NCBI GenBank assembly: GCA_038087875.1
Contig: CM075992.1
Location: 8,744,001 to 8,808,000, forward strand
Direction: 5' to 3'
Source of the DNA: Malacoraja senta
Taxonomy: Eukaryota
DNA length: 64,000 bases
Of the stretch, positions 51,194 to 63,750 are shown piece by piece. The notes below the pieces were generated by a model, which did not search any database, was not told the origin of the DNA, and saw nothing but the letters and a program-made list of their open reading frames with translations. The stretch's first letter is position 1; every line of letters starts with the position of its first letter. The translations under genes were made by a program, and so were the position numbers.

Positions 51194-51494
51194 AGGGCCC
51201 GTCCCACTTACGCGATTTTTACAGCGACTGCCGACACCTGTCATAGTGGCAGCAGATCCAGCGGCGACCAGAACAAGGTACGACTCTATGGGCGACTACT
51301 CACGATCATACACGCTTCACCCCGCGACATGTCGCCAGGGTGTCGCCTGTAGGGTCGTGAGTAGTCTCCTAGTCACCCAAAGAGTCGTAGCGTCTTTTTG
51401 GTTGCCGCTGGATTTTCAACGTGTGGAAAACTGCCGGCAACCTATGACAGGTGCCGGCAGTCGCCGAAAAAGTCGCGTAAGTGGGACAGGCCCT
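51194..51494. mobile_element. Harbinger-type MITE
   Basis: agggcccgtcccacttacgcga / tcgcgtaagtgggacaggccct TIRs with TTA duplication. Confidence 0.8.
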
Positions 51495-51619
51495 TTATGT
51501 TGGCTGCTTGCCTGCGGCAGTGTGCAGTGGGTTTGCTTCTTGTACTAATTGAAGGCTGTTTCATTCCCTCCCTCCCACCACCCCTGCCCCCTCATGCCCC
51601 GCCATGCTGTTCAAACAAG

Positions 51620-51730
51620 GTCCACGAGCTTCACAACAAGCACACAGAAGAGTCGATGAAAACCGAAAAGTGGCAATTTGAGTTCAAGCACCTGCAGGAG
51701 AAACATGACGCGCTGTTGAAAGAGAAAGAG
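51620..51730 (+). CDS. HOOK2: HOOK2 exon 12 (VHELHNKHTEESMKTEKWQFEFKHLQEKHDALLKEKE)
   Basis: aag acceptor, gtgagt donor, 111 nt in frame. Aligns to human EEAMKAEKWLFE. Confidence 0.9.
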
Positions 51731-52621
51731 GTGAGTCTAGGAGGATGGATCACAGAATGAAGCCAACCATGGGGATAACCCCAGCTTACCAGTCAGCTAG
51801 TCTCCCTCTCCCCTGACTCTCAGTCTGAAGAAGGGTCTTGACCCATAACCTCACCGAAGATAGACACAAAATGCTGGAGTGACCCAGTGGGACAGGCGGC
51901 ATCTCTGGGGAGAACGAATGGGTGACATTTCGGGTCGAGGCCCTTCTTCAGACTAAAAGTAAGGGGAGGGGGAGTTATAGAGATATGGAAGGGCAAGGTG
52001 TGAAAATGAGACATCAAAGGGGATGAAGTTCATGGGACATGCAGAATAGATCATTGCTAGCTAGGGGAAGGTGAAGCATATAAAGATAAAATTTAATCAG
52101 GGGGACAGTCAGACAGGTCGGAGAACTAGGAAGGGAGGGGGGATGGAGAGACAGGGAAAGCAAGGGTTACTTGGAGAAGTCGGTATTCATACCGCTGGGT
52201 TGTTAGCTACCAAGTGAAATATGACGTGTTGTTCCTCACCTATTCCTTATCTCCAGAGATGCTGCCTGACCCGCTGAGTTACTCCAGCATTTTTTGCCGA
52301 ACGCCAGTCAACGTCTGATAGAGGAAAGCTTGAGCTTGGTGTCAGATGGACATGGTCAGGAAAGTGTGTTTTGATGTGATTGAATTGGGAAGGGAGCAGA
52401 TCGGTGAGATCTGAATAAGCCTGTTGGATGGACATTGTTATAGAGTCATACAGCGTGGAAACAGGCCCAACTTGCCCACACCGACCAACAAGTCCCATCT
52501 GCACCAGTCCCACCTGCCATAGCCTTCTAAACCTATCCTATCCATGTACCTGTCCAAATGTATTTTAAACATTCTGATAGTACCTGCTTCAACTACCTCC
52601 TCTGGCAGCTTCTTCCATATA

Positions 52622-54140
52622 CAGTGCCCTCCATAATGCTTAGGACAAAGACCCATCATTTATTTATTTGCCTCTGTACTCCACAATTTCAGATTTGTAA
52701 TTGAAAAAATCACATGTGGTTAAAGTGCACATTGTCAAATTTTATTAAAGGGTATGGCTCGGGTGTATTTAATTGCCTCCTTAATGCGGGTATAAGAGAG
52801 CTCTCAGCACCTAGTCTTTCCATCACCTTTGGAAACTTTTATTGCTGTTTATCAATATGAGGACCAAAGTTGTGCCAATGAAAGTCAAAGAAGCCATTAT
52901 GAGACTGAGAAACAAGAATAAAACTGTTAGAGACATCTTAGGCTTACCAAAATCAACTGTTTGGAACATCATTAAGAAGAAAGAGAGTACTGGTGAGCTT
53001 ACTAATCGCAAAGGGACTGGCAGGCAAAGGAAGACCTCCATAGCTGATGACATAAGAATTCTCTCTATAATAAAGAAAAATCCTCAAACACATGTCTGAC
53101 AGATCACAAATACTCTTCAGGAGTCAGGTGTGGATTTGTCAATGACCACTGTCCGCAGAAGACTTCATGAACAGAAATACAGAGGCTACACTGCAAGATG
53201 CAAACCACTGGTTAGCCGCAAAAATAGATGGCCAGGTTACAATTTGCTAAGAAGTACTTAAAAGAGCAACCACAGTTCTGGAAAAAGGTCTTGTGGACAG
53301 ATGAGACAAAGATTAACTTTTATCAGAGTGATGGCAAGAGCAAAGTATGGAGGAGAGAAGGAACTGCCAAGATCCAAAGCATACCACCTCATCTGTGAAA
53401 CACGGTGGTGGGGGTGTTATGGCCTGGGCATGTATGGCTGCTGAAGGTACTGGCTCACTTATCTTCATTGATGATACAACTGCTGATGGTAGTAGGATAA
53501 TTAATTCTGAGAAGTATAGATACATGCTATCTGCTTAAGTTCAAACAAATGCGTCACAACTCATTGGCCGGCGGTTCATTCTACAGCAAGACAATGATCC
53601 CAAACATACTGCTAAAGCAACAAAGGAGTTTTTAAAAAGCTAAAAAATGGTCAATTCCTGAGTGGCCAAGTCAGTCACCCGATCTGAACCCAATTGAGCA
53701 TACCTTTTATATGCTGAAGAGAAAACTGAAGGGGACTAGCCCCCAAAACAAGCATAAGCTAAAGATGGCTGCAATATGGGCCTGGCAGAGCATCACCAGA
53801 GAAGACACCCAGCAACTGGTGATGTCCTTGAATTGCAGACTTCAAGCAGTCATTGCATGCAAAGGATGTGCAACAAAATATTAAACATGACTACTTTCAT
53901 TTACATGACATTTCTGTGTCCCAAACATTATGGTGCCCTGAAATGGGGGGACTATGTATAAACACTGCTGTAAATTTCTACATGGTGAAACCAAAATGTA
54001 TAAAAATGGCCTTTATTAAAATCTGGCAAAGTGCACTTTAACCACATGTGATTTTTTTCTATTACAAATCTCAAATTGTGGAGTACAGAGGCAAATAAAT
54101 AAATGATGGGTCTTTGTCCCAAACACTATGGAGGGCACTG
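52622..54140 (+). mobile_element. Tc1 (DD34E) transposon, near full length, transposase disrupted
   Basis: TA|cagtgccctccata...tatggagggcactg|TA. Long TIRs, motifs VKHGGGGVMAWACM, QQDNDPKH and WPSQSPDLNPIEH. Confidence 0.92.
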
Positions 54141-55989
54141 TAGGTGCAATTTACAATAATACTTTATTTGCTACATGTACAGAGGTACAGTGTTATTGTA
54201 TATAGTTTAGTACAAGTATCACTATCCATCAGCACTTAGATACATCTTAGATCAGCATCTCAGATACAGTACAAGTGTACAGCAGTAGTACACTGAGACA
54301 GTCTACAGAGTCGCCATTTCCAAGTCCCAGTTGTTGTAAGTGCAGGGATCTTGACCTGACCGTGAAGGCCCGTTGTCATGGCGACAGTGCAGGGTTGGCC
54401 TGGCCAAGCGTAGCCGTGGTGTCCTCCACCGCTGTAGGCCGCGTGCGGTCCACGTGCTCGGCCTCTTGTAGCGGCGCCCGGTCCAGCCGAGCCCCAGGGT
54501 GCTGCAGGGCCTCCAGCGGCCCATTCCCCCGTCGAGGCCCTGCACTCCCTCCCGCAGCCCGTCTGCTCACCGGCCCTCTGTTCCCACTCCCTCCTCTCTG
54601 GGTGGGCGAGCTGGCCATTCCGGGCGACTTCATGCCTGCTTTGCAAGGGAAAGAAACGTGTTGATGGAACCTTCTCGACACTTTACCCTGCCAAATGACA
54701 GTGAACAAAGCAACAACCATGAAATCAAGGACAGCGTAAAAAATTCCATGTTGGAAAAGTAAATTAAATTCAGTGGATGGCAGAGGCTGGAATTCTGAAA
54801 ATAAAGCAGAAGATGCTGGAAATGTTCTGTGAGTCGGGCAGCATCTGTGGAAGAAGAACATTTCGGGGCCAGGAACCTGTATCAGAACTGGGAAAAGGAG
54901 AAACTGTTAGTTTGAAGTTGCAGAGGGTGTGGAAGGAATGGAGAGGACAAAGGAACTATTCCTGATGGTGTGCCAGGGCTGCGGTGGTTAGAGGGCCAGA
55001 GGAGGTAGTTGAGGCTGGGACTATCCCACCGTTTAAGAAACAGTTGGTCAGGTACATGGATAGGACCGGTTTGGAGGGTTATGGACCGCTGGCAAGTGGG
55101 ACTAGGGTAGCTGAGTAGGTGTTTCACAGAGGTTAGAGAATGTTAAATTATATGTTGACTTGTCCATTAAACACCTGCTTTGAAGTATTAATACTAATAA
55201 GGAGCGGCACGGTGGCACAGCATTAGAGTTGCTGCCTTACAGCGCCTGAGTTTGATCCTGACTGCGGGTGCTGTCTGTAGGGAGATTGTACATTCTCCCT
55301 GTGACCACGTGGGTTTTCTCCGGGTGCTCCGGTTTCCTCCCACACTCCAACGACGCACAGGTTTGTAGGTTAATTGGCTTGGTAAAATTGTAAATTGTTC
55401 CTAGTATGTGTCGGGTAGTGTTAATGTGCGGGGATCGGTGGTGGGTGCGGACTCAGTGGGCCGAAGGTCCAGTTTCCGCGCTGTATAGAGTCCTAGATTA
55501 ATACAGTGTGGAAACAGGCCCTCCGGCCCAACTCGCCCACACCGGCCAACAATGTCCCAGCAACCCTAGTCCCACTTGCCAGCGCTTGGTACATAACCCT
55601 CCAAACCTGTCCTATCCATGAACTTGTCCAACTGTTTATTAAACGGTGGGATAGTCCCAGCCTCAACTACCTCCTCTGGCAGCTTGTTCCATACACCCGC
55701 CACCCTCTGTGTGGAAAAAGTTACCTCTGAAGAAGGGTTTTCGGCCCGAAACTTTGCCTATTTCCTTCGCTCCATAGATGCCTGCCTCACCCGCTGAGTT
55801 TCTCCAGCATTTTTGTCTACTTTGATTTTCCAGCATTCCTCCTTAAACCTCTTTTCAAATTCCTATTTACCTCCGTATAAATTCCTATTCCGGATTCCTA
55901 TTAAATCTTTTCCCTTCACCTTGAACCTATGTCCCTCTGGTCTCGATTCCCTGAACTAAATTAAACTACTTCATGTTTTGTTGTTGCAG

Positions 55990-56078
55990 CGATTAATAGT
56001 GGAGCGTGATGGCCTCCGGGGAGACGAATGAAGAGCTGCGATGTGCACAGGCACAGCAGAAGGTCTTGAGCAAAGCCG
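55990..56078 (+). CDS. HOOK2: HOOK2 exon 13 (RLIVERDGLR/ETNEELRCAQAQQKVLSKA), +1 G in the run at 56018-56021
   Basis: ttgcag acceptor, gtaaat donor, spindly-like NEELRC motif. The frame is restored only by removing one G. Confidence 0.87.
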
Positions 56079-56721
56079 GTAAATCAGCGCTCCTCTCACC
56101 GATTGCAGCCAGCATCTCTGTGCTGAAAGGGTGGCGTTCTGGGTGCCGTTCGGAGTTAGTATTGTTTAGTTGTGATGCTGCACTCGATATTCCTGGATGG
56201 TGATCTCTATAACTGCACTGGTTAACAAAGTAACATCCAAGCAGAACATTGCATAGAATCCCAACAAAGGAACAATGTAGACAAAAGGAACTGCGTATGC
56301 TTGAATCTTGAGGAGAAAAAACACAAAGTGCTGGAGTAACTCAGCGGGTTAGGCAGCACCTCTGGAGAAAAGGAATAGGTGATGTTTCGGGTCGAGACCT
56401 TCTCTTTGATTTTACCAGCACCTGCAGTTTCTTTCTTACACATTTTGTCCGCTCCACTGCAAAATCTCCTCAAGGTTTGTCTACTTTGAAGAAGTCCTCC
56501 TCCTCTCTCTGTCGAGAGTTCAGCAACATCCTCCCTCACTGCTCCCCTTCTGTGATTTTCCTCCTTCCTTCCGAAAGATCAGTCTGAAGAAAGGTCTCGA
56601 CCCGAAACGTCGGCCATTCCTTCCCTCCATAGATGCTGCCTCACCCATAGTTGCTCCACCATTTTGTGTTTAGCATAATATAGGTAGAACGTCTTGACCC
56701 GTGTTCTCTGTGCCGTTGCAG

Positions 56722-56781
56722 CATCTAGTGAAGATTTATCCGTGGGGAATCTTGCAGCGGAGATGGTTCCTGCAGAGCTCA
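56722..56781 (+). CDS. HOOK2: HOOK2 exon 14 (ASSEDLSVGNLAAEMVPAELR), 1 nt short at the donor
   Basis: ttgcag acceptor and NLAAE..PAEL motif. Sequence reads ctcagtgagt where CTCAG|gtgagt is needed. Confidence 0.85.
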
Positions 56782-57113
56782 GTGAGTTATTATTTAAACG
56801 CATGCCTTTCTCTCCAACACCACCGCCAATCCTCGCCCTGCCCCTGGTTCCACGTTCTTCAATACGAACATATTTTACATTTATTTTGCCTCTATCTCAT
56901 TAAATATATCTTTTTATAGGCACGTCAAAAAAATGCCATAGTACAATAATAGTTTGTAAAATTCTGATCCGGAGAGGAAATGCACATTTCAAAGATTGTA
57001 ATTTGATATTTTGACAAAAGTGACGGTCTGGCTGTCAATTTTAGGGTTGACAATGCAGAAACATGCCCTTCGGCCCAACGAGTACACGCTGCACAGTGAT
57101 CTCCGCACACTAA

Positions 57114-57430
57114 AGGGCCTGTCCTACTTTCATGACCTATTCATGACCTGTTTTACTCATGGACATTTTTCATCCATGCTAGAAAAACGCCCCACCTACT
57201 TGATACCACGAGTACCTACGACTAGCATCACGGCCTGCTACTACCTTGTGACGACCATGCTGCGAGTGTGAGTCAAGGCAAACTCGGCAGAGGTCGTGAA
57301 AGTGGGACAGGCCCTTTACGCAATTTTTTTCGGCGACTTGCCGCACCCGTCATAGTCGCAGCAAGTTGCCGAAAAATGTCAAAATATTGAAAATCCAGCG
57401 GCGACCAGAAAAAAGGTACGACTCTTTGGG
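57114..57430. mobile_element. Harbinger-type MITE (57114-57315) abutting a fragment of the 51194 family
   Basis: agggcctgtcctac / gtgggacaggccct TIRs, followed by sequence matching the interior of 51194-51494. Confidence 0.65.
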
Positions 57431-58368
57431 TGTAAGTGATAGGAGCAGAATTAGGTCAATCGGACCATCAGGCCTACTCCGCCATTCAATCATGGCTGAT
57501 CTATCTCTCCCTTCTAATCCCATTCTCCTGCCTTCTCCCCATAACCCCTGGACACCTGTACTATAAAGAATCTATCAATCTCAGCCTTAAAATATCCATT
57601 GATGCCCTCCACAGCTTCTGTGGCAAAGAATTCCACAGATTCAACACTCTCTGACTAAAGAAATTCCTCCTCATCTCCTTTCTGAAGGTACGTCCTTTTA
57701 CTCTGAGGCTGTGCCCTCTGGTCCTAGACTCTCGCACTCAAGCTGTCCACAGTGTGCAGATACAAGAGAAGGGGTTTGTTGCTCCTGTGTTCTCTTCGTT
57801 CATCTCTGCAACATCCCGGCTTGCCCATTTATCAAGGAAAAGGTTCTGATAAGAGATTTCAAAAAGGTTCCATTGACTGTAAAGCCTCTCAGGATATCCT
57901 GATTATGCAAGAGCTCAAAATGCAGGATTCAATCCTGACGTCTGGTTGGGATGGGTTTCCATGCTAACGAGTAGGTGGACCTGCTGCCTCACAGCGCCAG
58001 ACACCCGGGTTGGATCCTGACTACAGGTACTGTCACTGCGCAGTTTGTATGTTCTCCCTGTGACAACGTTCGTTTTCTTTGGGTTCCCCCACACTCAAAA
58101 GACCTACAGGTTTGTAGGTTAATTGGCTTCGGTTTTAAAGATTGTAAATTGTCCCTAGTGTATAAGAATGTGCTAGTGGTCGGCACGGACTCGGTGGGCC
58201 GAAGGGCCTGTTTCTGCACTGTATCTCTAAACTAAACCAATAGTCGGCAGACGAGCAAGCATTGTGGTGTTGGTGCATCTCTACATTGCAGCCTGGGAAC
58301 ACACCTGTATTTCTATGGTCTCTGCATCCCTTCAACTCTGAACTAAACGTGCTGCTGTGTTGCTGCAG

Positions 58369-58507
58369 GGAACGGGTCATCCGGCTGCAACATGAGAACA
58401 AGATGCTGCGGGTTCAGCAAGAGGAGACGTACCACGACCGGTTCCACGAGTTCCAAAGTGTGTTGGACGATGCCAACAGGCACACCACAAGCTGGAGAAT
58501 GAAACCG
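58369..58507 (+). CDS. HOOK2: HOOK2 exon 15 (ERVIRLQHENKMLRVQQEE...DANR), two apparent 1-nt deletions near the 3' end
   Basis: gctgcag acceptor, gtgaga donor, IRLQHENKML motif. The shifted frame continues HHKLENE. No later exons were recognised in the window. Confidence 0.85.
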
Positions 58508-59098
58508 GTGAGAGAGAGAGAGAGAGAGAGAGAATCCCTAAGATCGACACAGAGTTCTCGAGTAACTCAGCAGGTCAGGCAGCATCTCTGGAGAAGGTGA
58601 ATAGGTGACCAGTGTAGGAAGGAATGCCGGTTTAAACCAAAGATAGATAGACACAAAAGCTGGAGTAACTCAGCGGGACAGGCGGCATCTCTGGAGAGAA
58701 GAATGGGTGACGTTTTTGGGTCGAGACCCTTCTCGATATAAAACATCACCCATTCATTCTCTCCGGAGATGCTGCCTGTCCGCTGAGTTACTCCAGCTTT
58801 TTGTGTCTATTGTGAATAGGTGACATTTTGGATCAGGATCCATCTTTAATCAGATTGTAATGGGAAGGGGGGAGGAAGCTGGAAGAGAGATGGGAGCAGA
58901 CAGGACAAAGCCTGGCAAATGATAGGTGGACACAAATTGCTGGTGTGGAACTCAGTGGGTCAGGCCGCATCTCAAGATTCAAGAGAGTTTATTGTCATCT
59001 GTCCCCAGAGAGGACAATGAAAATTCTTACTTTGCTTCAGCACAACAGAATATAGAAGGCGTAAATAAATACAGAACACATTGGTGTGTCCATATACT

Positions 59099-59104
<6 letters not shown>

Positions 59105-59129
<25 letters not shown>

Positions 59130-59144
59130 GATTATTTATGTGAG

Positions 59145-59177
<33 letters not shown>

Positions 59178-59201
59178 ATATATATATTATATATATATAT
59201 A
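59105..59201. repeat. (TA)n/(TG)n compound microsatellite
   Basis: Directly visible. Confidence 0.9.
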
Positions 59202-60586
59202 CTCACATAAATAATCAGATAAACTGCAATGGGCTATTAATGTTCAGAGTTTTGTTTGAATTGAGTTTAATAGACTGATGGCTGTGGGGAAGTAGCTGTT
59301 TCTGAACCTGGACGTTGCGGTCTTCAGGCTCCTGTACCTTCTACCTGAAGGCAGCGGGGAGATGAGTGAGTGGCCAGGATGGTGTGGATCCTTGATGATG
59401 CTGGCAGCCATTTTGAGGCAGTGACTGCGATAGATCCCCTCGATGGTAGGGAGCCGATGATGGACTGGGCAGTGTTTACGACTTTTGCAGTCTTTTGGGG
59501 AGGGGGGGGGGGGGGGGGAGGAGTAGGTGACGTTTTTGGGTGAAGGTCCTTCAGACTGAGTCAGGGGAGAGGGAAACAAAGTATGAAAAGGTACAAAGAA
59601 CAAATGAATGAATGGTATGTAAAGGACAAATCAGAGCTGACACCAGTGACCAGGGAATAGTGGAGCCCACAATGGTCCCAGTGTTGGCTGTGGAAAGAGG
59701 TTGAATAACGAAGGGATACGAACAGTGAAATTAGTATTACGACAACTAAACTAACAGGACGACTAGGGTGAAGGGGGGAGGGGCAGAGAGAGGGGCTACA
59801 AGGGTTACTTGAAAGTAGAGAAATCAATACTCATACTGCTGGGGTGTAAGCTGCCAAGCGGAATATGAGGTGCTGTTCCTCCAATTTGCGTTTGACTCAC
59901 CTTGACATTGGAGGAGGCCCGGGGACAGTAAGGTCAGCGTGGATCCAATTTGCGTTTGGCCTCACCTTGACAGTGGAGGAGGCCCGGGACAGTAAGGTCA
60001 GCGTGGATCCAATTTGCGTTTGGCCTCGCTCTGACAGTGGAGGAGTCGGATAATTCCTGTCTGAAGTTTGGGAAGACTGGCATCTCTGGACACAACTCGG
60101 AGTCTGAGATTCCCCAACATGCCCGTTCTCCGAGTCTGTCAATTCATTCCAAGTAGATGGGGGAAAAGGGAACTTTATAAATGCAGGACTTCAACACAGA
60201 ATTTCCATTTATGAGATAGAATGTGTAATAAAACATCTTGCAATAAAAAGAAAACTGCAGATCCTGGTTTATGCCAAAGATAGACACAAATTGCTGGAGT
60301 AACTCAGAGGGTCAGGCAGCATCTCTGGAGTAATTGGAGCAGCGATGCTTTGGGTTGGGGACCCTTCGCCAGTCTCTTAATAAAACATCATATAGCCAGG
60401 CCCAGAACCAGAAGACATAGTTTTCAGGTGAGGGTGGAAAGATTTAATGGAACCTGAAGGGTACCGTATTTACACAAAGGGTGGTGGATGTATGGACCAA
60501 GCTGCCGGAGGAGGTAGTTGGGGCAGGTACTATTCACAACGTTTAATAAACAGGTTAAGTAAGTAACATTTTATTTATTTATAAGC

Positions 60587-60786
60587 NNNNNNNNNNNNNN
60601 NNNNNNNNNNNNNNNNNNNNNNNNNNNNNNNNNNNNNNNNNNNNNNNNNNNNNNNNNNNNNNNNNNNNNNNNNNNNNNNNNNNNNNNNNNNNNNNNNNNN
60701 NNNNNNNNNNNNNNNNNNNNNNNNNNNNNNNNNNNNNNNNNNNNNNNNNNNNNNNNNNNNNNNNNNNNNNNNNNNNNNNNNNNNNN
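60587..60786. other. Assembly gap (200 N)
   Basis: Run of exactly 200 N. Confidence 0.99.
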
Positions 60787-63157
60787 TTATTCCCAAAATG
60801 GCGGAGGTTCCGACTCCGTTATGCCCCAGTTAATCCACGTCAGTCCATTGGATTCTTAGCAGCTTCTACCTATGATCTTTGGTTTAATCAGTGTTGTGCT
60901 CCAGTATCTTTGGATACAACAGTGATGTTTATGAGGATTTGGATAGGCACATGGATATGCAGGGAATAGAGGGATATGGATTATGTGCAGGCAGATAAGA
61001 GTTGGTCTTGGCATCATGTTCAGCACAGACATTGTGGGCTGAAGGGCCTGATCCTGTGCTGTACTGTTTTATGTTCTATCTGCTCTGATCAACCCTGCTA
61101 ATGTTGGAGGATCGGGTGAACAATGCCATCTTGTAGTACAGTGGGCTGGGTCCCAAAGACTGAAGAACTATTTTGCTTCTTTCGTCCTTCCTCAATAAGA
61201 AGAACCCTGCAAAGGATCTTGTGAGTAGATAAAAATGCTGGAGAAACTCAGCGGGTGAGGCAGCATCTATGGAGTGAAGGAAATAGGCAACTTTTCGGGT
61301 CGAAACCCTTCTTCGACCCGAAACGTTGCCTATTTCCTTCGCTCCATAGATGCTGCTGCATCCGCTGAATTTCACCAGCATTTTTGTCTACCTTCGATTT
61401 TCCAGCATCTGCAGTTCCTTCTTAAACAAGGGATCTTGTCACTGGTTTCCAGTGTTAGTTGACTTAAATGAATTGATTCAATTAGGGGAAGTGTGAAACT
61501 TCAATGGAAGTCCACTGTCCATCCACTGTGTGTGATCTGGTCGTTTGCAAACTATATGTACAGCAGATTATGTGGACTTCCCACGGAAACACTCAGGCTG
61601 TTAGATTCGGTTTGGAACACATTATTACATTTACTGCAGCTACATTTCATTCCAGATTTTCAGTTTGTGCTCCCAGCTAATTTATGTGTTTGAATTCACA
61701 GAGCGGTCAATTCCTGAAGGACTGGCCTTAATGACAATTTTGGCTTTGTCTTCCCTTAAACATAGGACAGGGCAGTACAGCAGCTGGCCCTTCGGCCCAT
61801 AATGTCCATGCCGAACATGATGCCTAGACCATTACTTATCTGCCTGCACATAATCAATAGCCTTCCATTGAATCACATGTGACAAGTCACAATGAAATTC
61901 CTTGCTTGCATCATACCCAAGGTATGCAAATAGTCCCCACATAAAGGTCGCTGAGAACGTTACAAAGTAATTAATTACCTTCCATTCCCTGCATATTCAA
62001 CAGTCTCTTAGAGGGCAGTTATAATCTGCCTCCACCACCCCTGGCAATGTGTTCCATGCACCCACCACCCACTGTGTACAAAGCTTGTCCCACACGCCTC
62101 CTAGCTAGCCTAGACCTGATGGGCCAAATGTCCTCATTTGCACAGATGTTTACATTCCAGGTGTTCCTGATCCTGTGTAAATAAAACATTAGTGGACCCA
62201 CTTTTTAATTCTGGACCAGTTTCCAAATTGGATGGCGGGAGGGGGCAATGATTTTTTTCTACCAAACACTGGAAAAAAGATTTTTTAAACTTCTGGCGTT
62301 TTTTTTCTACCAAAAACTGGTAGAAAGCAATTGTCAGCAACTTGACCTCCAGCCTCGTTTCACCTCTTTGGGAAGGCTACAGAAACGGGAAATAAACTGT
62401 TACATTGTGCATTCACTGCTGGCCTGGTGCGCTGGGCTTCTGCACGGGTGAAGCAGATTGCAATGGACTTTGAAACAGTCTGTCCGTGTGTGTGTGTGAC
62501 CATGCTCGACAGAAGCCACCACCAACACTATCGGTCTCTGAACCGTGTGGGGAGGAACTGCAGGTGCTGGTTTACACTGGAGATAGTCACAAAATGCTGG
62601 AGTAACTCAGCGGGACAGGCTACATCTTTGGACCGTGTTCGGAGAGGGACGATGCGGGCGTCCAAGCGCAAACCAACAGAGTGGGGCGAAGAAATGTTTC
62701 ATATCAACTCATCCGCCTCAGGTGGCTTTTATTTGGAGTGAATGCAGCCCTGATCCAACATCTGTCCACCTTGTCTTTCTCTATGTGGGTTGTCGTTTGA
62801 CGCTGAGCTATTAAAGGCAGCCGTGGACTTATCTTTGTGCAAAACAAGATGACATCTCTCGTTGTAGGATGGCGGGCGCAGCGGTAGAGTTGCTGCCTGA
62901 CAGCGCCAGAGACCAGGGTTCCATCCTGACTACGGGCGCTGTCTGTACGGAGTTTGTACCTTCTCCCCGTGACCCGCGTGGGTTTTCTCCGGGTGCTCCA
63001 GTTTCCTCCCACACTCCAAAAGATGTGGGTTTGTAGTTCAATTGGCTTCGGTAAAGTTGTAAATTGTAGGATATTGTCAGTGGGCCTGTTTCCCCGCTGT
63101 ATCTCTGAAGTCAAAAAAAGTCTCTCAACCCGATTAGCAAATAGAGCCAACTTGATG

Positions 63158-63265
63158 GCCTGTCCCACTTGTGCGTTATTTACGCGACATAATTTACGCG
63201 TCGTGACGTGCACAAGATGCGCGCCTCCTGCGTGACCCGCAAATGACGCCCAAGTGGGACAGGCC
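63158..63265. mobile_element. Short Harbinger-type MITE
   Basis: ggcctgtcccacttg / caagtgggacaggcc TIRs. Confidence 0.65.
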
Positions 63266-63486
63266 TATAAGTGTGAAAGAGTGCATATATCCGCAGTCGT
63301 TTCACGGAGATTCAGTCTGTGAGAGTCTACAATATCAATCCCAGATGGAGTCTGTGATTTGGAGTATATTTCACTGCTACATTCTCGCAGCCTCGTTTAG
63401 TCTTTGGTGAATGCTGATGTCCAGAATCGGCAGTTAAGAGCGATGAACTCGGGCTGATGTGAGCTGCGCGGCAGAGTCACACGACC

Positions 63487-63750
63487 CACACACACACACA
63501 CAATATGCACACACACATACATACACACACACACACACAATGCACATACACACACACACACACACACGATGCACACAGATACACACACACACACACATAC
63601 GATGCACAGATACACACATACACACACACGATGCGCGCACACACACACACACACACACATGATGCACACATACACACATACACACACACACACATGATAC
63701 ACACACACACGATGCACACAGACACATGATGCACACACACACACACACAC
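63487..63750. repeat. Interrupted (CA)n microsatellite with recurring gatgca spacers
   Basis: Directly visible. Confidence 0.92.

Noticed and set aside
54260..54861. Overlapping GC-rich ORFs of 128-161 aa
   Set aside because: No recognisable domain, and the segment resembles other GC-rich repeat bodies (about 47060-47360). ORF length is explained by GC content.
10749..58507. HOOK2 as a pseudogene, or assignment as HOOK1/HOOK3
   Set aside because: All lesions are homopolymer indels, with splice sites and protein otherwise conserved. The N-terminus MSVDKAELC and KKLLLLQSQLE match HOOK2.
59880..60045. CRISPR-like array
   Set aside because: Simple tandem units without unique spacers, in a vertebrate intron with no cas genes.
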